Origin: Haliotis rufescens
Lineage: Eukaryota
DNA: 64,000 bases
Reading direction: 5' to 3'
Assembly: GCF_023055435.1 (NCBI RefSeq)
Contig: NW_025963890.1
Coordinates: 24,304,001-24,368,000 of the forward strand
Made by a program: the position numbers and the translations under genes. The notes under the pieces were generated by a model. That model saw only the letters and a list, made by a program, of their open reading frames with translations. It had not been told where the DNA came from and made no database searches. Below, piece by piece: positions 24,345 through 36,405 of the stretch (positions are counted from its first letter, which is position 1; each line of letters starts with the position of its first letter).

Positions 24345-26460
24345 TGACATCAGCAGGTGTATATCATACTGGATGGGTGTAGGGTGTCAGCAGTTGTATA
24401 TCATACTAGACAGGTGTATGACATCAGCAGTTGTAGATCATACTAGATGGGAGAAAACATCAGCAGGTGTATATCATACTGGATGGGTGTAAGGTGTCAG
24501 CAGTTGTATATCATACTAGACAGGTGTATGACATCAGCAGTTGTAGATCATACTAGATGGGAGAAAACGTCAGCAGGTGTATATCATACTGGATGGGTGT
24601 AGGGTGTCAGCAGTAGTATATCATACTAGACAGGTGTATGACATCAGCAGGTGTATATCATACTGGATGGGTGTAAGGTGTCAGCAGTTGTATATCATAC
24701 TAGACAGATGTATGACATCAGTAGGTGTAGATCATACTAGATGGGAGAAAACGTCAGCAGGTGTATATCATACTGGATTGGTGTACAATGTCAGCAGGTG
24801 TATATCATACTGGATGGGTGTATGGCCTCAGCAGATGTATATCATACTGGATGGGTGTAAGATGTCAGCAGATGTATATCATACTGGATGGGTGTAAGAT
24901 GTCAGCAGATGTATATCATACTGGATGGGTGTATGACGTCAGCAGGTGTATATCATACTGGATGGGTGTAAGATGTCAGCAGATGTATATCATACTTGAT
25001 GGGTGTAAGATGTTAGCAGGTGTATATCATACTGGATGGGTGTAAGATGTCAGCAGGTGTATATCATACTGGATGGGTGTAAGATGTCAGCAGATGTATA
25101 TCATACTGGATGGGTGTATGACGTCAGCAGGTGTATATCATACTGGACAGGTGTACGATGTCAGCAGGTGTATATCATACTGGATGGGTGTAAAACGTCA
25201 GCAGGTGTATATCATACTGGATGGGTGTATGACGTCAGCAGATGTATATCATACTGGATGGGTGTAAGATGTCAGCAGATGTATATCATACTGGATGGGT
25301 GTAAGATGTCAGCAGGTGTATATCATACTGGATGGGTGTATGGCCTCAGCAGATGTATATCATACTTGATGGGAGTAAGACGTCAGCAGGTGTATATCAT
25401 GCAAGACAGATGTACAATGTCAGCAGGTGTATATCATACTGGATAGGAGTAAGATGTCAGCAGGTGTATATCATGCAAGACAGGTGTACAATGTCAACAG
25501 GTGTATATCATACTGGATGGGTGTAAAATGTCAGCAGGTGTATATCATACTGGATGGGTGTATGATGTCAGCAGATGTATATCATACTGGATGGGTGTAT
25601 GGCGTCAGCAGATGTATATCATATTGGATGGGAGTACGACGTCAGCAGGTGTATATCATGCAAGACAGATGTACAATGTCAGCAGGTGTATATCATACTA
25701 GATGGGTGTAAGATGTCAGCAGGTGTATATCATACTAGATGGGAGAAGACGTCAGCAGGTGTATATCATACTGGATGGGTGTAAAACGTCAGCAGGTGTA
25801 TATCATACTGGATGGGTGTATGACGTCAGCAGATGTATATCATACTGGATGGGTGTAAGACGTCAGCAGATGTATATCATACTGGATGGGAGTAAGACGT
25901 CAGCAGGTGTATATCATGCAAGACAGGTGTACAATGTCAGCAGGTGTATATCATACTGGATGGGTGTAAGATGACAGCAGGTGTATATCATACTGGATGG
26001 TTTATGACGTCAGCAGGTGTATATCATACTGGATGGGTGTATGACGTCAGCAGATGTATATCATACTGGATGGTTGTATGACGTCAGCAGGTGTATATCA
26101 TACTGGATGGGAGTACAACGCCAGCAGGTGTATATCATGCAAAACAGGTGTACAATGTCAGCAGGTGTATATCATAGTGGATGGAAGTACAACGTCAGCA
26201 GGTGTATATCATATTGGATGGGTGTATGATGTCAGCAGATGTATATCATACTGGATGGGAGTAAGACGTCAGCAGGTGTAGATCATCCTGGATGGGTGTA
26301 CAATGTCAGCAGGTGTATATCATACTGGATGGGAGTACGACATCAGCAGGTGTATATCATACTAGATGGGAGTACGACATCAGCAGGTGTATATCATGCT
26401 AGACAGGTGTACGATGTCAGCAGGTGTATTTCATTCAAGACAGTTGTGCATGTGCACAAT
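24345..26460. repeat. 37-bp minisatellite, ~57 heterogeneous copies
   Basis: Unit CAGCAGGTGTATATCATACTGGATGGGTGTAAGATGT. Confidence 0.97.
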
Positions 26461-26469
26461 GTCCACAGT

Positions 26470-28725
26470 TGACTGGCTACTCACAGTGAGAGTGTATGGG
26501 GCAGGGGTGACTGGCTACTCACAGTGAGAGTGTATGTGGTAGGGGTGACTGGCTACACACAGTGAGAGTGTATGGGGCAGGGGTGACTGGCTACTCACAG
26601 TGAGAGTGTATGTGGTAGGGGTGACTGGCTGCTCACAGTGAGAGTGTATGTGGTAGGGGTGACTGGCTACTCACAGTGAGAGTGTATGTTGTAGGGTGAG
26701 TGGCTACACACAGTGAGAGTGTATGTGGTAGGGGTGACTGGCTACACACAGTGAGAGTGTATGTGGTAGGGGTGACTGGCTACACACAGTGAGAGTGTAT
26801 GTGGTAGGGGTGACTGGCTTCTCACAGTGAGAGTGTATGTGGTAGGGGTAACTGGCTACACACAGTGAGAGTGTATGTGGTAGGGGTGACTGGCTACACA
26901 CAGTGAGAGTGTATGTGGTAGGGGTAACTGGCTACACACAGTGAGAGTGTATGTGGTAGGGGTGACTGGCTTCTCACAGTGAGAGTGTATGTGGTAGGGG
27001 TAACTGGCTACACACAGTGAGAGTGTATGTGGTAGGGGTGACTGGCTACACACAGTGAGAGTGTATGTGGTAGGGGTGACTGGCTTCTCACAGTGAAAGT
27101 GTATGTGGTAGGGGTGACTGGCTTCTCACAGTGAGAGTGTATGTGGTAGGGGTGACTGGCTACTCACAGTGAGAGTGTATGTGGTAGGAGTGACTGGCTA
27201 CACACAGTGAGAGTGTATGGGGCAGGGGTGACTGGCTACACACAGTGAGTGTGTATGTGGTAGGGGTGACTGGCTTCTCACAGTGAGAGTGTATGTGGTA
27301 GGGGTGACTGGCTACACACAGTGAGAGTGTATGTGGTAGGGGTGACTGGCTACACACAGTGAGAGTGTATGTGGTAGGGGTGACTGGCTACACACAGTGA
27401 GAGTGTATGTGGTAGGGGTGACTGGCTACACACAGTAAGAGTGTATGTGGTAGGGGTGACTGGCTACACACAGTGAGAGTGTATGTGGTAGGGGTAACTG
27501 GCTACACACAGTGAGAGTGTATGTGGTAGGGGTGACTGGCTACACACAGTGAGAGTGTATGTGGTAGGGGTAACTGGCTACACACAGTGAGAGTGTATGT
27601 GGTAGGGGTGACTGGCTACTCACAGTGAGAGTGTATGTGGTAGGGGTGACTGGCTTCTCACAGTGAGAGTGTATGTGGTAGGGGTGACTGGCTACACACA
27701 GTGAGAGTGTATGTGGTAGGGGTGACTGGCTACACACAGTGAGAGTGTATGTGGTAGGGGTGACTGGCTTCTCACAGTGAGAGTGTATGTGGTAGGGGTG
27801 ACTGGCTACACACAGTGAGTGTGTATGTGGTAGGGGTGACTGGCTACACACAGTGAGAGTGTATGTGGTAGGGGTGACTGGCTTCTCACAGTGAGAGTGT
27901 ATGTGGTAGGGGTGACTGGCTACTCACAGTGAGAGTGTATGTGGTAGGAGTGACTGGCTACACACAGTGAGAGTGTATGTGGTAGGGGTGACTGGCTTCT
28001 CACAGTGAGAGTGTATGTGGTAGGGGTAACTGGCTACACACAGTGAGAGTGTATGTGGTAGGGGTGACTGGCTACTCACAGTGAGAGTGTATGTGGTAGG
28101 AGTGACTGGCTACACACAGTGAGAGTGTATGGGGCAGGGGTGACTGGCTACACACAGTGAGAGTGTATGTGGTAGGGGTGACTGGCTTCTCACAGTGAGA
28201 GTGTATGTGGTAGGGGTGACTGGCTACACACAGTGAGAGTGTATGTGGTAGGGGTGACTGGCTACACACAGTGAGAGTGTATGTGGTAGGGGTGACTGGC
28301 TACTCACAGTGAGAGTGTATGTGGTAGGGGTGACTGGCTACTTACAGCGAGAGTGTATGTGGTAGGGGTGACTGGCTACACACAGTGAGAGTGTATGTGG
28401 TAGGGGTGACTGGCTACACACAGTGAGAGTGTATGTGGTAGGGGTAACTGGCTTCTCACAGTGAGTGTGTATGTGGTAGGGGTGACTGGCTACACACAGT
28501 GAGAGTGTATGTGGTAGGGGTAACTGGCTACACACAGTGAGAGTGTATGTGGTAGGGGTAACTGGCTACACACAGTGAGAGTGTATGTGGTAGGGGTAAC
28601 TGGCTACACACAGTGAGAGTGTATGTGGTAGGGGTGACTGGCTACTCACAGTGAGAGTGTATGTGGTAGGGGTGACTGGCTATACACAGTGAGAGTGTAT
28701 GTGGTAGGGGTGACTGGCTACACAC
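26470..28725. repeat. 38-bp minisatellite, ~59 copies
   Basis: Unit GTGACTGGCTACACACAGTGAGAGTGTATGTGGTAGGG. Confidence 0.97.
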
Positions 28726-29585
28726 AGTGAGAGTGTATGGGACAGGAGGCTTCTCACTGACAGTGAGAGTGTATGGGACAGGAGGCTACTCACTGACAGT
28801 GAGTGTGTATGGGACAGGAGGCTTCTCACTGACAGTGAGAGTGTATGGGACAGGAGGCTACTCACTGACAGTGAGAGTGTATGGGACAGGAGGCTACTCA
28901 CTGACAGTGAGAGTGTTTTGGACAGGAGGCTACTCACTGACAGTGAGAGTGTATGGGACAGGAGGCTACTCACTGACAGTGAGAGTGTATGGGACAGGAG
29001 GCTACTCACTGACAGTGAGAGTGTATGGGACAGGAGGCTTCTCACTGACAGTGAGAGTGTATGGGACAGGAGGCTACTCACTGACAGTGAGAGTGTATGG
29101 GACAGGAGGCTACTCACTGACAGTGAGAGTGTATGGGACAGGAGGCTTCTCACTGACAGTGAGAGTGTATGGGACAGGAGGCTTCTCACTGACAGTGAGT
29201 GTGTATGGGACATGAGGCTACTCACTGACAGTGAGAGTGTATGGGACAGGAGGCTACTCACTGACAGTGAGTGTGTATGGGACAGGAGGCTTCTCACTGA
29301 CAGTGAGAGTGTATGGGACAGGAGGCTACTCACTGACAGTGAGAGTGTATGGGACAGGAGGCTATTCACTGACAGTGAGAGTGTATGGGACAGGAGGCTA
29401 CTCACTGACAGTGAGAGTGTATGGGACAGGAGGCTACTCACTGACAGTGAGAGTGTATGGGACAGGAGGCTACTCACTGACAGTGAGAGTGTATGGGACA
29501 GGAGGCTACTCACTGACAGTGAGACTGTATGGGACAGGAGGCTACCCACTGACAGTGAGAGTGTATGGGCCAGGAGGCTACTCAC
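28726..29585. repeat. 36-bp minisatellite, ~24 copies, starting at the exon A donor
   Basis: Unit GACAGGAGGCTACTCACTGACAGTGAGAGTGTATGG; on the minus strand each unit starts GTGAG(T/A). Confidence 0.97.
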
Positions 29586-29648
29586 CGGCAGGGATAGGTA
29601 GGCATTGAAGTACTCCACAAACAGGTCATCTGTTGCCAGAAAGTCCTC
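29586..29648 (-). CDS. RGS22: RGS22-like coding exon A (EDFLATDDLFVEYFNAYLSLP), phase 0/0
   Basis: Acceptor tttcag (29649-29654 on +) and donor GTGAGT (29580-29585). 63 nt, 21 aa. Closely resembles the recalled N-terminal RGS22 motif EDSLATDDFLVDYFNEFLSLP. Confidence 0.9.
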
Positions 29649-30113
29649 CTGAAACAAACAAATAGAATATGGAACACTACACTGATCTGCAACATGGACC
29701 ACAGATGATTCAGGTGAAGGAGAAAACAGATGGCAAACATTGTAGGGGCCACAGACCCTGGTTAGATCCTCTTCACAATGTGGACAGCCCACTCTTGCTG
29801 CTCCCACAAACAACATTAATAATGGGCTAAGTTATGTGGAAATCTTTCATTGTTATGACAATACAGTTTACTGGACAACAATGTGTCTTCTGCATTTTCA
29901 TTCAAAGATTGACTACCGGTAAGTTAAATTCTAATAACTAACTAACATAGACGGAATACACATGCATCTATATGTTTTTTTAATTATAGTTATCAAATAT
30001 AATAAAAAGGAACCAAGAGACTGTCTTCAATCCTGATACTGCAGTAGTCTAGACTTGCCAAAAAGACTTAGACTTGTATGGGCTAATTAGATATATTTGT
30101 TTCAGGGTCTGTG

Positions 30114-30676
30114 ACATCTTCCCGAGGCAAGAGAGTTAACTGACAATAAAAGTCCAGTTTCCACCCTTGCCGAACTAGGCTGGGATTATGGAGTTACATT
30201 TTGGCTGGGCGAACAAGTCTATGCATAGTCCAATCAAAATCGCGGACCGAAATCGAAATCCGGTTCATAAACTGTCATGCAGAGTTTGGTCGATTGCAGT
30301 ATTTGCAAAGCATGTGCATCGCCAACTCGTTGTCAACAGATATTTTCCAAATCTTTTCATGTTTTTAATCAAGGTGCTCATGTGATTTGATGTACTTCGC
30401 GAAGTAAGAACCGTTTTATCACAAAATAGATCTTGATGGTCGATCAGATCGTCTTGACTGGGTGTCACCATTTTGTTTGAAGCAAATGCATGTGATACGG
30501 GAGGTGGAATCTGATTGGTCCATATAGGAGAGGCATATAGAATAGAATATAGAATGGACATAACTCATAATAGCCACTGGTGGCGCTACGATCGAGCCCA
30601 GGAATTCCAGCCTAGTTCGGCAAGGGTGGAAACTGGACTTGTAAAGTCAGTTAACTCTCTTGCCTCGGGAAGATGT
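30114..30676. mobile_element. MITE with ~70-bp near-perfect TIRs and 7-8 bp TSD
   Basis: ACATCTTCCCGAGGCAAGAGAGTTAACTGAC...CCCTTGCCGAACTAGGCTGG mirrored at 30607-30676. GTCTGTG(A) duplicated at 30107 and 30677. Confidence 0.88.
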
Positions 30677-30787
30677 GTCTGTGACAGACTACACTAGGGT
30701 GTGTTGTGTCCATTGTTTTGGCAGCTTGTTATTCTGTGTTATGACCATGCATTTCAACGTTGATTTGGATGAGAGGAAAGCAATATA

Positions 30788-31455
30788 TCACATATCATAT
30801 CATGTTCCTGTTGTTGGCGACCCCTGTCTCCTTGTGATATACATATCATATCATGTTCCTGTTGTTGGCGACCCCTGTCTCCTTGTGATATACATATCAT
30901 ATCATGTTCCTGTTGTTGGCGTCCCCTGTCTCCTTGTGATATACATATCATATCATGTTCCTGTTGTTGGCGACCCCTGTCTCCTTGTGATATACATATC
31001 ATATCATGTTCCTGTTGTTGGCGTCCCCTGTCTCCTTGTGATATACATGTCATATCATGTTCCTGTTGTTGGCGTCCCCTGTCTCCTTGTGATATACATA
31101 TCATATCATGTTCCTGTTGTTGGCGTCCCCTGTCTCCTTGTGATATACATATCATATCATGTTCCTGTTGTTGGCGTCCCCTGTCTCCTTGTGATATACA
31201 TATCATATCATGTTCCTGTTGGTTGGCGTCCCCTGTCTCCTTGTGATATACATATCATATCATGTTCCTGTTGTTGGTGTCCCCTGTCTTCTTGTGATAT
31301 ACATATCATAATATGTTCCTGTTGTTGGCGTCCCCTGTCTCCTAGTGATATACATATCAAATCATGTTCCTGTTGGTTGGCGTCCCCTGTCTCCTTGTGA
31401 TATACATATCATATCATGTTCCTGTTGGTTGGCGTCCCCTGTCTCCTTGTGATAT
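30788..31455. repeat. 51-bp minisatellite, ~13 copies
   Basis: Unit ATACATATCATATCATGTTCCTGTTGTTGGCGTCCCCTGTCTCCTTGTGAT. Confidence 0.96.
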
Positions 31456-31949
31456 TGACTTCAATGTAACACTATAAGCACTGACAGTCTATATCAGTCT
31501 TGAGGAGGGCACTAACCTATACACACACACTGAGCACTAGGGGTTACTTCGGCCATATCCCCCTCTCCTAAGTATGTTTATGCAAGGAACAAAGACTCCC
31601 ACCCTGGTCCTGTGTGCACAGGTCCCCCACCATGACACACTCTCCCGGCCACGCCAAACATTATTATATAACACTCCGTCCAAGGTCCTCTATACTCTCA
31701 TGTAGGTTCAAAAGGTCACCACATGATCACATGTCTGTCAGGAGGGGTCAGAAATGACTTGTAAATCTATCAATATTTTTCATAACTTTGAAATAAACAC
31801 AACTACGTCAATTGAGGTTAATTTTCTATATACATTATTTTCATCGTATATTTCTGAGATAGTAAATGTGCTACTGAAGGAACTTCTCTGGACTAGGAGA
31901 TGATTTCTCTGGCCTTTATAAGGCATTAATGGATCAGGTAGAGGCAATT

Positions 31950-32160
31950 GCTTAGTCTGTCTTACAGACCCTGATACAAATATATATCAAATACAGCCCA
32001 TGCAAGTCTACAATGTTTGGCAAGTCTAGATTTCTGCAGTATCAGTATCTGAATATGAAGAGAGTCACTGGTCTCCCTTTTATTATATTTTTATTTAGAT
32101 AACTGAACAACTTTGTTTTTCTGTATGATATGTTCATTTCAGCGACTTGATGTTAGTCTA
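31950..32160. mobile_element. Unclassified interspersed repeat; related copies at ~35805-35980 (same orientation) and ~29990-30113 (inverted, interrupted by the MITE)
   Basis: Shared GCAAGTCTA...TGGCAAGTCTAGAT..CTGCAGT...GATGTTAGTCT; reverse complement ACTGCAGTAGTCTAGACTTGCCA at ~30040. Confidence 0.65.
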
Positions 32161-32407
32161 GCAATTGCTATTCCATGGCCTTAAAGAGACATTTCTCAGG
32201 CCTAGTGAAACAGCTTTTCCTTAGCTTTATGTGTTTAGAATATGTTCTTACATTCACAGTATTTTGGGGCATCAATGTCCAAAGAAAGAAAAATGAATGA
32301 GATGCACTTATACAAATTTGGTACCATCATTTGGTCCATGAGTTTCCAATGAGGAGACGCTAACAGCTGCTGGACCAGCGGTGGGACAAGGTGAGTCCCT
32401 GCAAGGA

Positions 32408-32687
32408 ATGAGTGAGTGAGTTGGGTTTAACACTGCCTTGAACAGTATTGCAGTTCTTTCACGGTGTGTCTGCATGATGTCGGAGGACAGGCCAAAGTGA
32501 TGCAGGTCTCAGGAGTTTACCACTTCGGTGAAACCCACGAGCACGGGTATGGTGCTAACAAACCTAGAAACATAATCGGGACGAACGGGGATTCGAACCC
32601 ACAATCATAGTTTTCTAAAATGCCAAAGGAATGCAAATTTGCACAGCGAATTACAGCACCTTAGACGACTGGGCCACCCATGCCCCA
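32408..32687 (-). mobile_element. tRNA-derived SINE family C, apparently full length
   Basis: Minus strand: GGGGCATGGGTGGCCCAGTCGTCTAAGG (A box), GGGTTCGAATCCCC (B box), (ACTC)n tail. Imperfect TSD CCTGCA(A/G)GGA. Confidence 0.78.
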
Positions 32688-33859
32688 CCTGCAGGGAGCT
32701 GATGCAGTACACGAGAGGCAGTACGTGATTTACACCACAAGAGAACCAAACACCAAGTATTCAGCACTCACTCTCTCTCCATTGCCATTTCAAGTGTCCT
32801 CAAACAACACACCGTTCATTCCTCCTCCATCTATGTTATAAATCATTCCCACATAACAAATATATACCAATACAAGTGTGAATGGATTCAATCAGCTGAC
32901 ATTTTAGGCCATGGGCCACATACCTAACTTTACAGTGCTACAATATATATTACCAACACAGTGGATAAAGACACGATATTGCTTATAAAGACTGCTTTAG
33001 CAAACATTCAGCTGTCGGTATCCAACTCATTGTGGCCCTGATTGATGGCAAGGCCTGGACTGTGACAGCGGACTGACAGGGAAACCTAGGTGTGTACAGC
33101 TTCATGTCCACATACTGGTTAAATTGAGCTTGAAAATACAAGCCTTGCTTGTACTTATCAATGATACTTCTTCATTGATATCAGAAATAAAACTTGGGAT
33201 TAGTTGTATAAGCCTTGTGAATGGTATAGGATTAAAGTACTCAAGTACTGAATAGGCCCTTCTTACAATCTACATCGTATGCATCTTCAGTCTATAAAAC
33301 ATTCATTACAGCAGAGCCACTGTACTCTCATTTCAATGTATTATAAAAAATATATTGCTAATATAGACTGGAGATGAAAGCAGTATCACGAAATTAAAAT
33401 ATACTTGATATTTTTTTTATGAATTTAGTAAACAAACATAAGAAAACAAAAGTTAAAATAACTTGACAATTAATAACTGTCAATCAGATAATAGCTGAAC
33501 AAACGCGTTGCATATACTTGAGCCCTACAGACATTCCAACCAATGTGAGAATCAACATGGATATGTTTAACTACATTGATGTTAAGACCATCTATATGAA
33601 AACTTGTTAAACAGCTCTCAAGAAATTATAATAATGCTAATAACAGTATAACGAAGACTACTCTAAATCTGTCACTACCTGGGTAAATGTAAGAGTGATG
33701 TTTGTGTATTGATTAGTATTGATTGTACCATTCATAACGGTTGGCTTGCCTCATACATGTTATGCAAACACTTGATCAGAATACTACACCATTACAGTTC
33801 CAGCCTGTGTGGACTTGTCGTGCAGTCTGTCAGGACCCTGGGGAGGTTACTGCTCCATG

Positions 33860-34126
33860 AGTGAGTAAGTGAGTGAGTTGGGTTTAATGCTACTTTTAAT
33901 AGTATTCCAGTTATATCACAGCATGTCAGCTTAAAGTGGGAGGAAAGCTCGAAGTGATACAGGTCTCAGACGTTTACCACTTCGGTGAAACCCACGAGCA
34001 TGGGTATGGTGCTGACAAACCTTTAAACATAATTGTGGTGAACCACGATTCGAACCCACAATCATAGGTTTTTGGCGTGCCCCAGGGATACAACTCTGCA
34101 CAACGAATCGCGGCACCTTAGACGAC
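33860..34126 (-). mobile_element. SINE family C, slightly 5'-truncated, 12-bp TSD
   Basis: Shares TTTACCACTTCGGTGAAACCCACGAGCA..GATTCGAACCCACAATCATAG..GCACCTTAGACGACT with 32408. TACTGCTCCATG duplicated at 33848-33859 and 34127-34138. Confidence 0.82.
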
Positions 34127-34199
34127 TACTGCTCCATGTATTCACTGATACTACACATCACATCAGGGACTGGTCATGTACCACAGGAGAATGGGTTGG

Positions 34200-34352
34200 A
34201 GTGTGAGTGAGTGGGTGAAGTTTTATGCTGCATTCAGCAATAATCTAACTATATGTTGGTGGGGGACACCAGGAATGGCCTTCACACATTGCATCCATGC
34301 GGGGAATCAAACCTGGGTTAATGGTGAACACTTTAACCACTAGACTGACTAC
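34200..34352 (-). mobile_element. SINE family A copy (diverged)
   Basis: GAGTGAGT...GGGGACACCAGGAATGGCCTTCACACATTG...TTTAACCACTAG. Confidence 0.7.
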
Positions 34353-34480
34353 CTGGCCTGAAAATCCTAAAATCTGTCATCAGAATAATAATAATTTAAA
34401 ACCATGCCCTTATCACTGCTGATTGTGGGAAGTTTGCCATAATATTTGTGATCTGAAACATTAGGTTTATATTCACCTCT

Positions 34481-34716
34481 ACCCGTGAAGATCCGGGGTA
34501 GAACAGGTCTTCAGCAACCCATGCTTGCCGTAAAAGGCGATCGGGTGGTCAGGCTCGCTGACTTGGTTGATGCATGTCATCGTATCTCAATTAAGTGGAT
34601 CGATGCTCATGATGTCAATCACTGGATTGTCTGGTCCAGACTCGATTATTTACAGACCGCCGTCATATAGCTGGAATATTGCTGTGTGTGGCATTAAACA
34701 ACACACAAACAAACAA
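34481..34716 (+). mobile_element. SINE-like family B copy
   Basis: ACCCGTGAAGATCCGGGGTAG...CACTGGATTGTCTGGTCCAGACTC...GCTGGAATATTGC...(AAAC)n. Confidence 0.8.
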
Positions 34717-35471
34717 ATATAATCACCTCACATTGCTTAGTATATCTGTGTTTGATCTGAACATTAAAGGACATTTTGGGTGCACAGGATAATTTTTTTA
34801 TTCATTACCCCGTTATTTCAAAATTACAATTAGCAGATCAATACATCAAGAAATCATAAATGTTGGGTCATAGAAAAAACACATAATTACAGAAATAAAA
34901 TTAATATTGTTCATTACAAAATGATTCAAAATATAGGAACATGTGTCTTGTAATGCCTTCAACCAAAGGCACTGTTAGGAACTACACTTGAATACTCAAT
35001 ACTGGAGTCAATACCCCAGGTGCTATATCTGCATGTTTATTGCCCCTACCACAAAGACAGACAAGTCTTAGCATGGGAACCACCAGCATTACAGATATAT
35101 AGTGATTTGCCTGACACCACACTGCTAGACAACGCACATACTCACCTTTCATAATTATTCACCCATGAAAGTAGAGTTGAGTGATTAAGATTAGAGTTCC
35201 TCTGGCTATTACAGTGAGACGACAGATAGAAATTACCAGGGCGATGGTGTTTGACAGACTAGCCCTAATGTGAATACAATACAGCTGTTCATCTTCTTAT
35301 ACTATTCTGAGAACAGATTTGCTGATGATGCAGTATTGTGTTAACAGATGCCATTGATTTGTTTTCTGATATTTTGCATGTATATGTATACTGAACCGCT
35401 TCTTGATACTGATATCTGTCCATCTTGGAATATCAAATGGTGTATATCCCTACACTTCCCACAATCTTAGC

Positions 35472-35606
35472 TGACTGTGCTGGTGATAGGGTCTTGTGTC
35501 AGTGCTTGTTGCCAACACTGGTGTGTCACTGTGATGAAGATAGGGTCTTGTGTCAGTGCTTGTTGCCAACACTGGTGTGTCACTGTGCTGGATATAGGGT
35601 CTTGTG
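35472..35606. repeat. 54-bp tandem duplication, ~2.5 copies
   Basis: GATAGGGTCTTGTGTCAGTGCTTGTTGCCAACACTGGTGTGTCACTGTG repeated. Confidence 0.85.
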
Positions 35607-36194
35607 AAGACCCTATTTTGTTAAATGTGTATCCCTCATTTGGCGTGAGGGGAAGTGTGGGTGACTGCACAGAAAAAAACGTGTTCAGACATAACTTTGG
35701 TGGGTTTTGGAAAAAAATGGGGTTTGTCTAGTTGTTCTCGATAACATTGTGCATTTTTGACTGTAAGGGTTTTGGCTCATGTCGGAAGGTAATTAGCTTG
35801 TCATACAACCCTTAAACAAATATATCCAAAATAGCATGTGCAAGTCTATGATAGTTGGCAAGTCTAGATTACTGCAGTGTTTGAAAAAGTGAGTTTCTGG
35901 GCTCCAATTTATTATACGTTATTAAGATAAATTAACAACTGTTTTTCTGTAAAATATTTTCAGAGACTAGATGTTAGTCTGGAAGGTATAGCACATGTCT
36001 CATATTATGTGTGGTGCAAGTTTGTCTGTAAACCCAACACTAAAATTTAGTAGATCAGTCTCGTAACCCTGGGCAGTATGATAAGCATGTACTGAGGGGA
36101 GCTATTTGACCCAGGCCATAACATGAGAGCAGGTTAACCCAAAATGAAACGTTGTAACCAGTGCCTTATGGCACAAATTTAAGTTGCATATCTG

Positions 36195-36405
36195 CTTGGG
36201 CTTTTATGGGTTGAGCCCCATCCAGGATTCAAACCCACACTCTCAGAGTTAGGCACCTAGTCGCCAGCACTGTTTTTCTCCTTTCAGAATGTCAAAGATT
36301 TCTGTCTGTTACTGATTTTGTCGTTGACTTTGTGTGCTGGTGATTAGGTGCCTCACTCTGAGAGTGTGGGTTTGAATCCCAGATGGGACTGGACCCAAAA
36401 AGTAC
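36195..36405. mobile_element. Inverted pair of tRNA-like repeat fragments
   Basis: GGATTCAAACCCACACTCTCAGAGTTAGGCACCTAGTCGCCAGCAC (36226-36270) versus GTGCTGGTGATTAGGTGCCTCACTCTGAGAGTGTGGGTTTGAATCC (36334-36379). Confidence 0.7.

Noticed and set aside
22369-31400. Repetitive ORFs in the 42-, 37-, 38-, 36(+)- and 51-bp arrays
   Set aside because: Satellite translations, mostly antisense to RGS22, with frequent stops or frameshifts and no domain features.
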